This document shows positions 21,058 through 30,449 of a stretch of DNA of 64,000 nt, one piece after another. A program made the position numbers and the translations under genes. The stretch spans positions 404,651 to 468,650 of the forward strand of contig JBEPZY010000002.1 of the NCBI GenBank assembly GCA_041640595.1, read 5' to 3'. The stretch is from Gemmatales bacterium. Its GTDB lineage: Bacteria; Planctomycetota; Planctomycetia; Gemmatales; HRBIN36. Every line of letters starts with the position of its first letter. Positions within the stretch are counted from its first letter, which is position 1. Under the pieces are notes generated by a model. It searched no databases, was not told where the DNA came from, and worked only from the letters and a program-made list of their open reading frames with translations.

Positions 21058-23526
21058 ATGACAACTGAGCTTTCGCGCCGAGTCCTGGTAGCACTGACGC
21101 TGGTCAGTTTGGCCTGGCCTGTTCGGGCTGCGGAGTACCGCTTGCTGCCGGAGAAAATCGTTCTTCATGGCCCGCACGACCGCCAGCGAGTGGTGCTGGC
21201 GATCCTGGACGGGGGAAAAATTGTCGGGCAATATACCGCTGCCGCGAAGTTCCAAATTCAGCCCGCCGGGATCGCTACCATAGACGCGGATGGCGTGGTC
21301 TGGCCCAGACAGAACGGTCAAGCCACGCTCACGGTCCAGGTCCAGGACGGGGCGACTTTGCAGGTTCCGATCAGTGTCGGCAATATGGAATCGTCGGGGC
21401 CGAGTTTCCGCCACGAAGTCTTGCCCATGTTGACGCGAGCCGGTTGCAATTCCGGAGCCTGTCACGGTGCGCTGGCAGGCAAGGGCGGGTTAAAGCTGTC
21501 GCTGCGTGGTTACGATCCGGAAGCCGACTATTACGTGCTGACGCGGCAAGTGTTGGGCCGCCGGCTCGACCTGGCGCAGCCGCACCGCAGTCTGCTGTTG
21601 CTTAAGCCGACAATGACCGTCAACCATGGCGGCGGTCTGCGCATAGATCCGGATTCGCCGGAATACCGCCTTCTGGCTGACTGGATTGCCAGTGGCGCCC
21701 CCGGACCGAAGAGCGAGGAGGCAAAACTGGTCCGCATAGAAGTGCTGCCGCCGATGGTTACCCTCAAGCCTGGCGATAAATTCCAGCTGCTGGTGCGGGC
21801 AACTTACAGCGATGGTCGGCAGCGGGATGTCACGCACTGGGCCAAGTTTTCCAGTGCGGAGGAGGGTGTGGCCATCGTCAACGACGATGGGCTGGTCCAG
21901 GTACGGGGCTACGGCGAGGCCGGGATTGCCGTCTGGTTTTCCGATCTCGTGGCGGTGAGCGAAGTGCTGGTGCCGTTTGCCAATCGCCTGCCGCCGGACA
22001 CGTTTGCCAGGGCCGAACGCCGAAATTTTGTGGACGACCTTGTCCTGAAGAAACTGGAAGCCCTGCGGATTCCACCATCGCCGTTATGCAGCGATGCCGA
22101 GTTCCTGCGCCGTGTTTATCTCGACACGATCGGTCTATTACCGACGCCGGAAGAATTGCAGCAGTTCCTGGCCGATCCGTCGCCGGACAAACGTGCGCGC
22201 TGGATTGACCGTCTGCTGGACCGGCCGGAATTTGTGGACTACTGGGCGTACAAGTGGTCGGACCTGCTTTTGATTTCCAGCCGAAAGTTGCCCCAACCGG
22301 CGGTGTGGGCGTTTTATCAGTACGTGCGACAAAGCGTCGCCGACAATAAACCGTGGGATCAGTTTGCGCGGGAAATTCTGACGGCTCGCGGCAGCAATCT
22401 GAGTAACGGTGCGGCCAATTACTTCGTGATGCACCGGGACATTGCCGAACTCACCGAAAAAACGACGGTCACTTTTCTGGGCCTGTCGCTGACCTGCGCT
22501 CGCTGCCACAATCACCCCATCGAAAAGTGGACGCAGGACCAGTACTGGGCGCTGGCCAATTTGTTCAGCCGTGTTGCTCAAAAGAACGGCGACCGACCCG
22601 GCGAGGTAATCGTGTACGATTTGCCCAGCGGCGATGTGCCGCATTTGCGGCGTGGCATACCCATGCCCCCAGCGCCACCGGATGGCCCGGCCCTGGATTT
22701 GTCCGATCCGCGAAATCGGCGGGAATACTTTGCCGCCTGGTTGACTTCCCCGGACAATCCGTATTTCGCGCGGGCCCTGGTGAATCGTGTCTGGCGGCAC
22801 TTTCTCGGTCGCGGATTGGTCGAACCGGAGGATGACCTTCGCTTGACCAATCCCCCGACTAATCCGGAACTGCTCGACGCCCTGACCCGCGACTTTGTGC
22901 AGCACCGCTTCGATGTCAAGCACCTGATCCGCACGATTCTCAATTCGGCCACGTATCAACGCTCCTCGCAGACTGTAGCCGAGAACGAGGCCGACGACCG
23001 GTTTTATTCGCATTATCTGGTGCGGCGGTTACCCGCAGAAGTGGTGCTGGACATCTATTCGCAGGTAACGGAGGTGCCGACGGTCTTTTCCCAGATCAAG
23101 GTCGGAACCACGGGAGGCGTGGCCGGCACCGATCAGTTTCCTCCCGGCACACGCGCCTTACAGTTGCCGGATTCTCTGGTGGTCTCGGGATTTTTGGACA
23201 GTTTCGGTCGGCCTGACCGCAGCCAGCCGTGTTCCTGTGAGCGAATGTCGGACGCCTCGATGAGTCAGGCCTTACACCTGAACAATGGCCAGACGCTCAA
23301 CGAGAAGCTTCGCGCCAAGAACGGTCGCATCGAAAAGTGGGTTCAGGAAAAGGTGCCGCTCGACGAAGCCCTGCGACGACTTTACCGTCTCGCCTTGTGC
23401 CGGGAGCCGACACAGAAAGAACAGCAACAGATGCTGGCGGCTCTGAAAGAGGCCCAGCCGCGGGAAGCCCTGGAAGATCTGTTCTGGGCCGTGCTTACCA
23501 GTCCCGAGTTCTTATTCAATCATTGA
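21058..23526 (+). CDS. DUF1549/DUF1553 (PSD1) protein with Ig-like domains
   Basis: GCNSGACHG, DAEFLRRVYLD, CARCHNHP, VNRVWRHFLGRGLVEP, LTSPEFLFNH. Confidence 0.92.
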   Translation: MTTELSRRVLVALTLVSLAWPVRAAEYRLLPEKIVLHGPHDRQRVVLAILDGGKIVGQYTAAAKFQIQPAGIATIDADGVVWPRQNGQATLTVQVQDGATLQVPISVGNMESSGPSFRHEVLPMLTRAGCNSGACHGALAGKGGLKLSLRGYDPEADYYVLTRQVLGRRLDLAQPHRSLLLLKPTMTVNHGGGLRIDPDSPEYRLLADWIASGAPGPKSEEAKLVRIEVLPPMVTLKPGDKFQLLVRATYSDGRQRDVTHWAKFSSAEEGVAIVNDDGLVQVRGYGEAGIAVWFSDLVAVSEVLVPFANRLPPDTFARAERRNFVDDLVLKKLEALRIPPSPLCSDAEFLRRVYLDTIGLLPTPEELQQFLADPSPDKRARWIDRLLDRPEFVDYWAYKWSDLLLISSRKLPQPAVWAFYQYVRQSVADNKPWDQFAREILTARGSNLSNGAANYFVMHRDIAELTEKTTVTFLGLSLTCARCHNHPIEKWTQDQYWALANLFSRVAQKNGDRPGEVIVYDLPSGDVPHLRRGIPMPPAPPDGPALDLSDPRNRREYFAAWLTSPDNPYFARALVNRVWRHFLGRGLVEPEDDLRLTNPPTNPELLDALTRDFVQHRFDVKHLIRTILNSATYQRSSQTVAENEADDRFYSHYLVRRLPAEVVLDIYSQVTEVPTVFSQIKVGTTGGVAGTDQFPPGTRALQLPDSLVVSGFLDSFGRPDRSQPCSCERMSDASMSQALHLNNGQTLNEKLRAKNGRIEKWVQEKVPLDEALRRLYRLALCREPTQKEQQQMLAALKEAQPREALEDLFWAVLTSPEFLFNH

Positions 23527-23550
23527 CCGAATCCACCGGGGGTAACCGGT

Positions 23551-26500
23551 ATGCGTGAACCACATTGCCGACTCAAGCCGCGAACTTCGGCGACGATTGC
23601 CTGTGCAATAGCCGGGCGTTCTTGTTGCCCAGTGCGCTTGCCTAAAAGCGTTCGGGCAGGTTATTGGACCGGGATGGTTGTGGTCGGTTTCCTGCTTTGT
23701 GTGGCAGCGATGATCTGGGGTCAGGCGGGGAAACCGGTTGCCGCTACTCCTTCTTACAGCCGCGAAATTCGGCCCTTCCTGAGTAAATACTGCCTCGAAT
23801 GTCACAACTCCAGCAAGGCCAGCAGCGGCTTGAATGTGGAAAGCTACAAGAGCCTCCTGGAAGGCGGCAATGGCGGTCCGGCTATCGAACCGGGAAAACC
23901 CGACGAAAGTCTGTTGCTCCTGCTGGTGGAGAAGAAACAGCAACCGCACATGCCGCCACGCAATGCCCGATTGCAACCCAAACCCGAAGAAATTGCCAAG
24001 CTCCGCGCCTGGATTGCTGCGGGTGCTAAAGACGATAGCGGTTCCGCACCGATTGCCCTGCCGGAAATTCGACCGAAGCAACCGCGAGCGGCTCCGGTAA
24101 CGGCGGTGGCCTACGATGCAAAAGGACGCTGGCTCGCTGCTGGTGTCGGCAGTGACGTTCGCCTCTGGGCTGTGCCGGAGCTAAAGCCTTTAGCTCGCCT
24201 GGCGACGCCTCAACTCAAAATCACCGCACTGGCATTCCATCCCCGCGGTAGTTACCTGGCCGTCGCTGCGTGCACACCCGGACAAACGGGCGAAATCCGT
24301 CTTTATTTCATTCCGCCCAGCGGCGTACCGGCATTGAAACCGGATCTGGTCATTTCCGCCCATCCGGATCAGGTGCTCGGTCTGGCGTTCAGTCCGGACG
24401 GCCAAATCTTGGCCAGCTGCGGTTACGACCGCCTGGTGAAGTTGTGGAAAGTGCCCACCGGCGAAGCACTGGCAACCCTGAAAGATCACAGCGACGCGGT
24501 GTATGATGTAGCGTTTGCCAGTCATGGTGGTCTGCTGGCATCCGTGGCGGCGGATCGCACAGTCAAAATCTGGGATGTACGCACTGGACATCGGCTCTAT
24601 TCTCTGGGCGAAGCCACCGATTGGCTGTACACGGTAGCCTGGCATCCAGACGGTCGGCGTGTGGCCGCGGGCGGAGTTGACCGCAGCATTCGCGTTTGGG
24701 AGGCTCGTGCCGATGGTGCCCGACTGCTTCATTCAGTCTTCGCTCATCAGGGAGCGGTACTCCGCCTGGCTTACAGTCCCGACGGCAAATTGCTTGTTTC
24801 GCTGGGCGAGGATCGAGTCGTCAAGGTGTGGGACGCCGCCAGGATGACCGAGTTGCGTGTTTTACCGGCTCAACCGGAAACGACCCTGAGCCTGGCGGTT
24901 CGTCCGGATGCCCGACAGCTCGCTCTGGGCCGATTTGACGGTGCCTTGATTTTGCTGGATGCCGAAAGTGGCAAACTGCAGACGCAACTGCTGCCGGAAA
25001 AACCGCCTGTGCCAAAAATTTCGCGTTTGCAGCCGAACGCGGTGCCGCGCGGGCAGACAACCACCCTTACGGTGGAAGGAGAACATCTCGATACCGTTAC
25101 ATCGGCCAGCATCAATATCGCCGGCAGCAAGGTGGAGTTACAACCCGCTTCCAATCCGCGGCAGCGAGCGATTCAGCTTCACATTCCGCAGAGCGTGACA
25201 GCGGGCGTTTATTCACTGACACTGCAAGCTCCCGGTGGCAACGTAACAGCTACCGTGCTGGTGGATTATTTCCCGACGGTTTCCGAGACCGAGCCGAACA
25301 ATTCTGCACGAACCGCTCCGGTCATTCCCGTGAATCGCACCGTAACCGGTGTGCTCGATCGTGCCGGGGAGGTGGACTTCTATCGGTTCGAGGTGAAGGC
25401 CGGGGAAGAGATCGGCGTGCAGGTGGTCGCTGAACCGGGCGCTGCGCTCGAACCGGTGTTACTGCTCACCGACGCCAGCGGCCGGATTTTGCAGGAGAGT
25501 TTCGATGGCGTCCTGGCATTCCGGTCTTCTAAAACGGCGACCTACGCTATTGCCATCCACGACCGCCAGTACCGGGGCAACGCGGGAATGCGGTATCGGT
25601 TGCACGTCGGGCAGGTGCCGGTCATAAGCGCGGTGTATCCGCTGGGCGGCCAGCGTGGCACCGAGGTGACGGTGCAGCTTTTCGGTGTGCATCTCGGCGA
25701 GCAGCGCAGCCTTCGCATCCCCATGAAAGCCGACCTGGCCGTAGGCAGTCGGGTGCCGGTAACGCTGAACACGGCGCATGGCCCAGCCCTCGGAAATCGC
25801 AATCTGGTGGTTGGCGACTTGCCGGAGGTAACCGCACCGCTGACGAAGTTGCAGTCGGAACGGGCTGGGGAAACCGAATTGGGAGCGGTTCCGGTGCCGG
25901 GGGTTGCCAACGGTTGCCTGTTCCGCCAGGAGGATGCCCACCTGTGGAGATTCGCGGCCCGACGTGGTCAGACGCTGATTATCGAGGTGGAAGCACGCCG
26001 GCTCGGCTCGCCTCTCGATCCGGTTATCGAGATTCTGGATGAAAAGCGCCAGCCGGTGCCGCGAGCTGTTCTGCGATCCGTGGCCCGCACTTTCACCACC
26101 TTCCGCGACCATGATAACGTAACGCCCGGCATCCGTATCGAGGATTGGCGGGAACTGGCGATCAACGATTACCTTTACGTCAACGGCGAACTCATCCGCA
26201 TTCAAGCTCTGCCGCGCAATCCCGATGACGATTGCCGATTCTTCAACGTCAACGGTCAGCGGCTCGGTTACCTGGACACAACGCCGACGTTTCATCCGCC
26301 CGGCACGCCGATGTATAAAGTGGAAATCCACCCGCCCGGTTCGACCTTTCCGCCGAACGGCTACCCGACCTTCACGCTCTATTATCGCAACGATGACGGC
26401 GGGCCTGGCTATGGCAAGGACTCCCGCATCTTTTTCGATCCGCCAGCCGATGGCACTTATTACGTTCGCGTGGCTGATGCCCTGGGACTGACGGCAGCAC

Positions 26501-27315
26501 TGGCCGGGCACGCCAACCGTTCCGGTTTCGCTGAAGCTGATCGCCGTGCCGAACGTGGAGGACTGACCCCTTCCGCTTCTGAGCAACTCGCCGATCGCTC
26601 CGAAACTGTGGTGCTGCCGTATCGGCTGATTATTCGTCCGCCGCGACCTGATTTCCGTATCCGTTTCAATCCGACGCAGCCCCAGATCGAACGCGGTGGT
26701 GCTACGCCGATTACGATCACGGTGGACCGACTCGATGGTTTTGCCGGCCGGGTGGATGTCGAATTTGCGGGTCTGCCCAAGGGTTTGTCGGCACCGGCGA
26801 CGCATCTGGGTCCCGACGAATTTACGACCGCTGTCGCCCTGTATGCGGAAGCCAACGCCCAGCTTCCCGACAAACCACCACCGCTGAAACTGGTGGCACG
26901 GGCTCGTATCGGCGAACAGGAAATCGTGCGTGAAGCCATCGGAGGTGTCCCGACGCTTATCGAACCGGGCGACATTCGCACTACCACTGTCCCGCAAAGT
27001 ATCACCGTGCAACCCGGAGGCGAAACCCGACTCACCGTGCGCATCGAACGCCGCAACAATTTCCAGGGCCGGGTGCCGATTGATGTGGCCGGTTTGCCTC
27101 ACGGTGTGCGAGTGCTGGACATCGGTCTGAACGGCATTCTGATCACGCCCAACCAGACCGAACGCACCATCAGCATCTACTGCGAACCCTGGGTGCAACC
27201 GATGGAACATCCCTTCGTCGTCTTCGCTCGCCGCGAGGGTAAAAACACCATCCACGCGGCACCGTCCGTGCTTTTGCGAATCGTTCCCGCATCTGCAAAT
27301 CGCAGCGAGCCGTGA
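23551..27315 (+). CDS. Planctomycete cytochrome c + WD40 + PPC-domain fusion protein
   Basis: CLECH...PGKPDESLL...MPP...WIAAGA; about 7 WD40 repeats; ETEPNN...VTGVLDRAGEVDFYRF and EARRLGSPLDPVIEI PPC motifs. True start may lie downstream (~23674). Confidence 0.88.
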   Translation: MREPHCRLKPRTSATIACAIAGRSCCPVRLPKSVRAGYWTGMVVVGFLLCVAAMIWGQAGKPVAATPSYSREIRPFLSKYCLECHNSSKASSGLNVESYKSLLEGGNGGPAIEPGKPDESLLLLLVEKKQQPHMPPRNARLQPKPEEIAKLRAWIAAGAKDDSGSAPIALPEIRPKQPRAAPVTAVAYDAKGRWLAAGVGSDVRLWAVPELKPLARLATPQLKITALAFHPRGSYLAVAACTPGQTGEIRLYFIPPSGVPALKPDLVISAHPDQVLGLAFSPDGQILASCGYDRLVKLWKVPTGEALATLKDHSDAVYDVAFASHGGLLASVAADRTVKIWDVRTGHRLYSLGEATDWLYTVAWHPDGRRVAAGGVDRSIRVWEARADGARLLHSVFAHQGAVLRLAYSPDGKLLVSLGEDRVVKVWDAARMTELRVLPAQPETTLSLAVRPDARQLALGRFDGALILLDAESGKLQTQLLPEKPPVPKISRLQPNAVPRGQTTTLTVEGEHLDTVTSASINIAGSKVELQPASNPRQRAIQLHIPQSVTAGVYSLTLQAPGGNVTATVLVDYFPTVSETEPNNSARTAPVIPVNRTVTGVLDRAGEVDFYRFEVKAGEEIGVQVVAEPGAALEPVLLLTDASGRILQESFDGVLAFRSSKTATYAIAIHDRQYRGNAGMRYRLHVGQVPVISAVYPLGGQRGTEVTVQLFGVHLGEQRSLRIPMKADLAVGSRVPVTLNTAHGPALGNRNLVVGDLPEVTAPLTKLQSERAGETELGAVPVPGVANGCLFRQEDAHLWRFAARRGQTLIIEVEARRLGSPLDPVIEILDEKRQPVPRAVLRSVARTFTTFRDHDNVTPGIRIEDWRELAINDYLYVNGELIRIQALPRNPDDDCRFFNVNGQRLGYLDTTPTFHPPGTPMYKVEIHPPGSTFPPNGYPTFTLYYRNDDGGPGYGKDSRIFFDPPADGTYYVRVADALGLTAALAGHANRSGFAEADRRAERGGLTPSASEQLADRSETVVLPYRLIIRPPRPDFRIRFNPTQPQIERGGATPITITVDRLDGFAGRVDVEFAGLPKGLSAPATHLGPDEFTTAVALYAEANAQLPDKPPPLKLVARARIGEQEIVREAIGGVPTLIEPGDIRTTTVPQSITVQPGGETRLTVRIERRNNFQGRVPIDVAGLPHGVRVLDIGLNGILITPNQTERTISIYCEPWVQPMEHPFVVFARREGKNTIHAAPSVLLRIVPASANRSEP

Positions 27316-27319
27316 AACA

Positions 27320-27976
27320 TCAACTTATCGTCGGCCCGAACGCTTCGACGGCAGCCAGGATTTCCTCCACTTCCGCCATACCGCCCATTCCTTCATCACC
27401 GCAAGCCAGACGTTTGCTGATCGGCCCGACGATCCGCAGATACGGACAATAGCGGTTGATGATTTCCACAATTTGTTCCGGCTGGTTCACTTCTGATGGA
27501 GCAGGGATATCAGGCGGTTGAGACGAAGTGTGGTCGGCCAGGAGCAGTTGTAGATGACGAAGTGTTGCTGGATGTTCCCACATGAGGGTATTCATGGCCG
27601 GTGCAAGCAAAATTGGTCGGCGTCGGTCCCAGGCTCGGTACAGACACGTGAGCAGGTTGTCACACAGGCCCACGGCGAATTTGGCCAGGGTATGGGCATC
27701 CAGCGGCGCGACCAGCAACAGCTCCGCCCAGCGTCGCAATTCGATGTGCAGCACAGGATCGCCAGGTTGGTACAATTCGCCGGTCTTGGTCTTCGGCCAT
27801 TCGTCGCTATCGCGAAACACCAGAGCACCGGGCAACGCATCCGGATTGAAAAAATAGGTCGCGTGCTCGGTGAGCACGACCCGCACCTCATGGCCGCGCT
27901 GCGTAAGCTCCCGATACAAAAGCGGAATGCGGATGGCGGCAACCGAGCCGGTTACACCCAGCACGATTTTTGGCAT
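27320..27976 (-). CDS. coaC: Monofunctional phosphopantothenoylcysteine decarboxylase (flavoprotein)
   Basis: LGVTGSVAA, VLHIELRRWA, APAMNTLMW, LACGDEGMGGM. Confidence 0.85.
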   Translation of the reverse strand: MPKIVLGVTGSVAAIRIPLLYRELTQRGHEVRVVLTEHATYFFNPDALPGALVFRDSDEWPKTKTGELYQPGDPVLHIELRRWAELLLVAPLDAHTLAKFAVGLCDNLLTCLYRAWDRRRPILLAPAMNTLMWEHPATLRHLQLLLADHTSSQPPDIPAPSEVNQPEQIVEIINRYCPYLRIVGPISKRLACGDEGMGGMAEVEEILAAVEAFGPTIS

Positions 27977-27992
27977 GGGTAGCTCCGCGAAG

Positions 27993-28781
27993 TCAGCGAG
28001 AAGCCCGGGCGTGCAGACTTTCCACGGCGTCGAGTAAAACGTCAGCAAGCTGGGAACGCGGCAGTCGGCGATAGGTGCCGCCTAAGGGGCCCAGCCAGGC
28101 TGTGGTTGAGAGACTTTCCAGGAGATTGGCCACCACCAGGTCTGCGGCAGATCGTTGCCGTGATTGTTCCGCTCGTGCAAGCAATGTCTCCTCGGAAACA
28201 CCGCATTCCAGTTTGAATTTGACAAGCACACCAGGAAATCCCCAATCCCGACGCATGCGATCGATAAGTTTCGGCGTGGGCACCAAGCGCAGCCAGACTT
28301 CCGCATGCGAACTGGGAAGCTTGCCCAGCACCTCGTCCGTTGGCCACCAGGAACCATCCTCACCAGTGGCAGGAGGTGGCGCCGTGGATATAGTGGTGTT
28401 TTGCACACTTGATTCTCGCCCGCTGTCGGTTCGCGGCGGAGCGGCACCGTGGGCTGAAGTGCGGACATAAATCCCGGCGACGCGGTAATCGCTGACCGCA
28501 GCCGAGTGTATGATGGCATCGAATTGCCCGCTCGGAACCAGCTCGCCCAGAAGTTGCTCGAGTTCCTCATAGGTGTGAAACACATGCACCCGCCAGGCAA
28601 CACGCGAAGCGAGTTGTTCGCCCACTAAATGCGGAGCGGAGGTCAGTAACGTCACCTGATGGCCACGGCGATTAGCAGCCAGGGCGATCCGTGTACCTGT
28701 ACGGCCGCTGAAAATGCTGGTAATGACGCGGACTCTGTCAATCGGCACCTGGGTAACGCCGGCCGTGACCAGAAGGTGCAT
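27993..28781 (-). CDS. coaB: Monofunctional phosphopantothenate-cysteine ligase-like protein
   Basis: LVTAGVTQVPIDRVRVITSIFSGRTG, HSAAVSDY, LVPTPKLI, VKFKLE, VVAN. Confidence 0.82.
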   Translation of the reverse strand: MHLLVTAGVTQVPIDRVRVITSIFSGRTGTRIALAANRRGHQVTLLTSAPHLVGEQLASRVAWRVHVFHTYEELEQLLGELVPSGQFDAIIHSAAVSDYRVAGIYVRTSAHGAAPPRTDSGRESSVQNTTISTAPPPATGEDGSWWPTDEVLGKLPSSHAEVWLRLVPTPKLIDRMRRDWGFPGVLVKFKLECGVSEETLLARAEQSRQRSAADLVVANLLESLSTTAWLGPLGGTYRRLPRSQLADVLLDAVESLHARASR

Positions 28782-28785
28782 GGGT

Positions 28786-29445
28786 TCAGTCCATCAAAGG
28801 TTCGTCGCCCGCATCGAGGAAATTTTCCGCTTCGTCCGATGTGTCCGCTTCGCCGTGCTCGGCAGGGGTTGGCTCACCGCGAAAACGAGCCCGGCCCATG
28901 ACGGTATAAATCGGGCCGCTGCGCTCCAGCTGGCTGGCCATGATGCAGATTTCCGATGCCAGCATCTCTCCACCACGGCAGCTACGGTATTCGCGGAGGA
29001 GTTCCGGCAGGCGCGGCACTTCCCGATCCGCCTTGAGCCGACCCAGGGTTATGTGCGGAACGTATCGGCGTTCCTCGCGGCGGAAGCCGAGATAGTGGAG
29101 CGGTTTCTCAATCAGAGCATGCACCTGCTGGAGTTGTTCGGAACCGGTAGTAATGCCGGCCCAGAGGACACGCGGCCGACGAGGTTCGGGAAAGCAACCC
29201 AAACCCTCCACCATCACGGAAAACGGAGCGACCTCCGCCACCGCTTCTTCCACCCGCTGACATACTTCCGCCACTTCCCGATCCGGGACCTCGCCGAGAA
29301 AGAGCAAGGTAACGTGGAGATTTTCCGGCTCGACCCACTTGACTTCGGGAATGGCAGCCGCCAGCTTATCCTGCCAGGTCACCAGACGCTGGCGAATGTT
29401 CGGCGTCAACTGCAAGGCGATGAAGGTGCGAATGCGTTTGGCCAT
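28786..29445 (-). CDS. thpR: RNA 2',3'-cyclic phosphodiesterase (2H family)
   Basis: RTFIA, NLHVTLLFLG, PRVLWAG, PHITLGR. Confidence 0.9.
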   Translation of the reverse strand: MAKRIRTFIALQLTPNIRQRLVTWQDKLAAAIPEVKWVEPENLHVTLLFLGEVPDREVAEVCQRVEEAVAEVAPFSVMVEGLGCFPEPRRPRVLWAGITTGSEQLQQVHALIEKPLHYLGFRREERRYVPHITLGRLKADREVPRLPELLREYRSCRGGEMLASEICIMASQLERSGPIYTVMGRARFRGEPTPAEHGEADTSDEAENFLDAGDEPLMD

Positions 29446-29534
29446 AAAGCATACCCTGGGCGAGCGTTCCACCGGACTGGTTTGCTGGCATTGTACGCTT
29501 TTATAGCGGTGCGGTCATGCGGCCGGTTGGGCGG

Positions 29535-30437
29535 CTAGAAGGTGATCATGCGACGGTATTCTTCGAGTCGGCGTTCAATCTCTTCGCGGGTGGCGGCTTT
29601 GAGCCGATCCAGGCTGAAACCTTCTACGGTAATGCTGGCGATCACCGTGCCGTAAGCGATGGCACGACGCAGTCGGCCCGGCGGTGGCGAAGTGTCGGAA
29701 GCTAAATAACCCAGGATACCGCCAGCGAAACTGTCGCCCGCTCCTGTCGGGTCCACCACGTTCGGCGTGGGATAGCCGGGCAAAACGAAAACACCATCGC
29801 GGCTGAACAGAAACGAGCCGTGTTCGCCCTTTTTGATAATCACGAATTTCGGCCCCAGTGTGCGGATCTTCAGCCCGGCACGGACAAGGTTTTCTTCTTC
29901 TGCCAGCAAGCGGGCCTCGCTGTCGTTGAGAAGCAAACCGTCGAGCCGGGGCAGCAATTCCAGCAGAGCATCGCGTTGGGTTTCGATCCAGAGGTTCATG
30001 GTGTCGGCAAGCACCAGCTGCGGCCGCTCCATCTGTTCCAGCACCCGCAATTGCAGTTGCGGACTGGAATTGCCCAGGAACAGGTAGGGCTGGCGGCGAT
30101 ACTCTGCGGGCAAAACGGGGTTGAAATCGGCCAGGACGTTCAGGTGCACTTCGAGGGTATCGCGGTTGTTCATGTCGGCGTGATAGCGGCCACGCCAGTA
30201 AAAAGTTTTACCACCGCGGCGAATTTCCAGACCGCTAAGGTCAATGCCTCGTTGCCGCAATTGTTCGATGTGTTCGGCGGGAAAATCCTCGCCCACCACC
30301 GCTACCAGGTGCACTTTCGTAAAGAAACTGGCGGCGTAGGAAAAATAAGTCGCCGAGCCGCCCAGCACGTGCTGCACGCTGGCGCTGGGCGTTTCGATCG
30401 AATCGATCGCTACCGTGCCGACAGCCACGATGGACAT
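29535..30437 (-). CDS. PfkB-family carbohydrate kinase
   Basis: GGSATY, KKGEHG, DPTGAGDSFAGG. Confidence 0.92.
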   Translation of the reverse strand: MSIVAVGTVAIDSIETPSASVQHVLGGSATYFSYAASFFTKVHLVAVVGEDFPAEHIEQLRQRGIDLSGLEIRRGGKTFYWRGRYHADMNNRDTLEVHLNVLADFNPVLPAEYRRQPYLFLGNSSPQLQLRVLEQMERPQLVLADTMNLWIETQRDALLELLPRLDGLLLNDSEARLLAEEENLVRAGLKIRTLGPKFVIIKKGEHGSFLFSRDGVFVLPGYPTPNVVDPTGAGDSFAGGILGYLASDTSPPPGRLRRAIAYGTVIASITVEGFSLDRLKAATREEIERRLEEYRRMITF

Positions 30438-30449
30438 GCCAGTTCTCCT

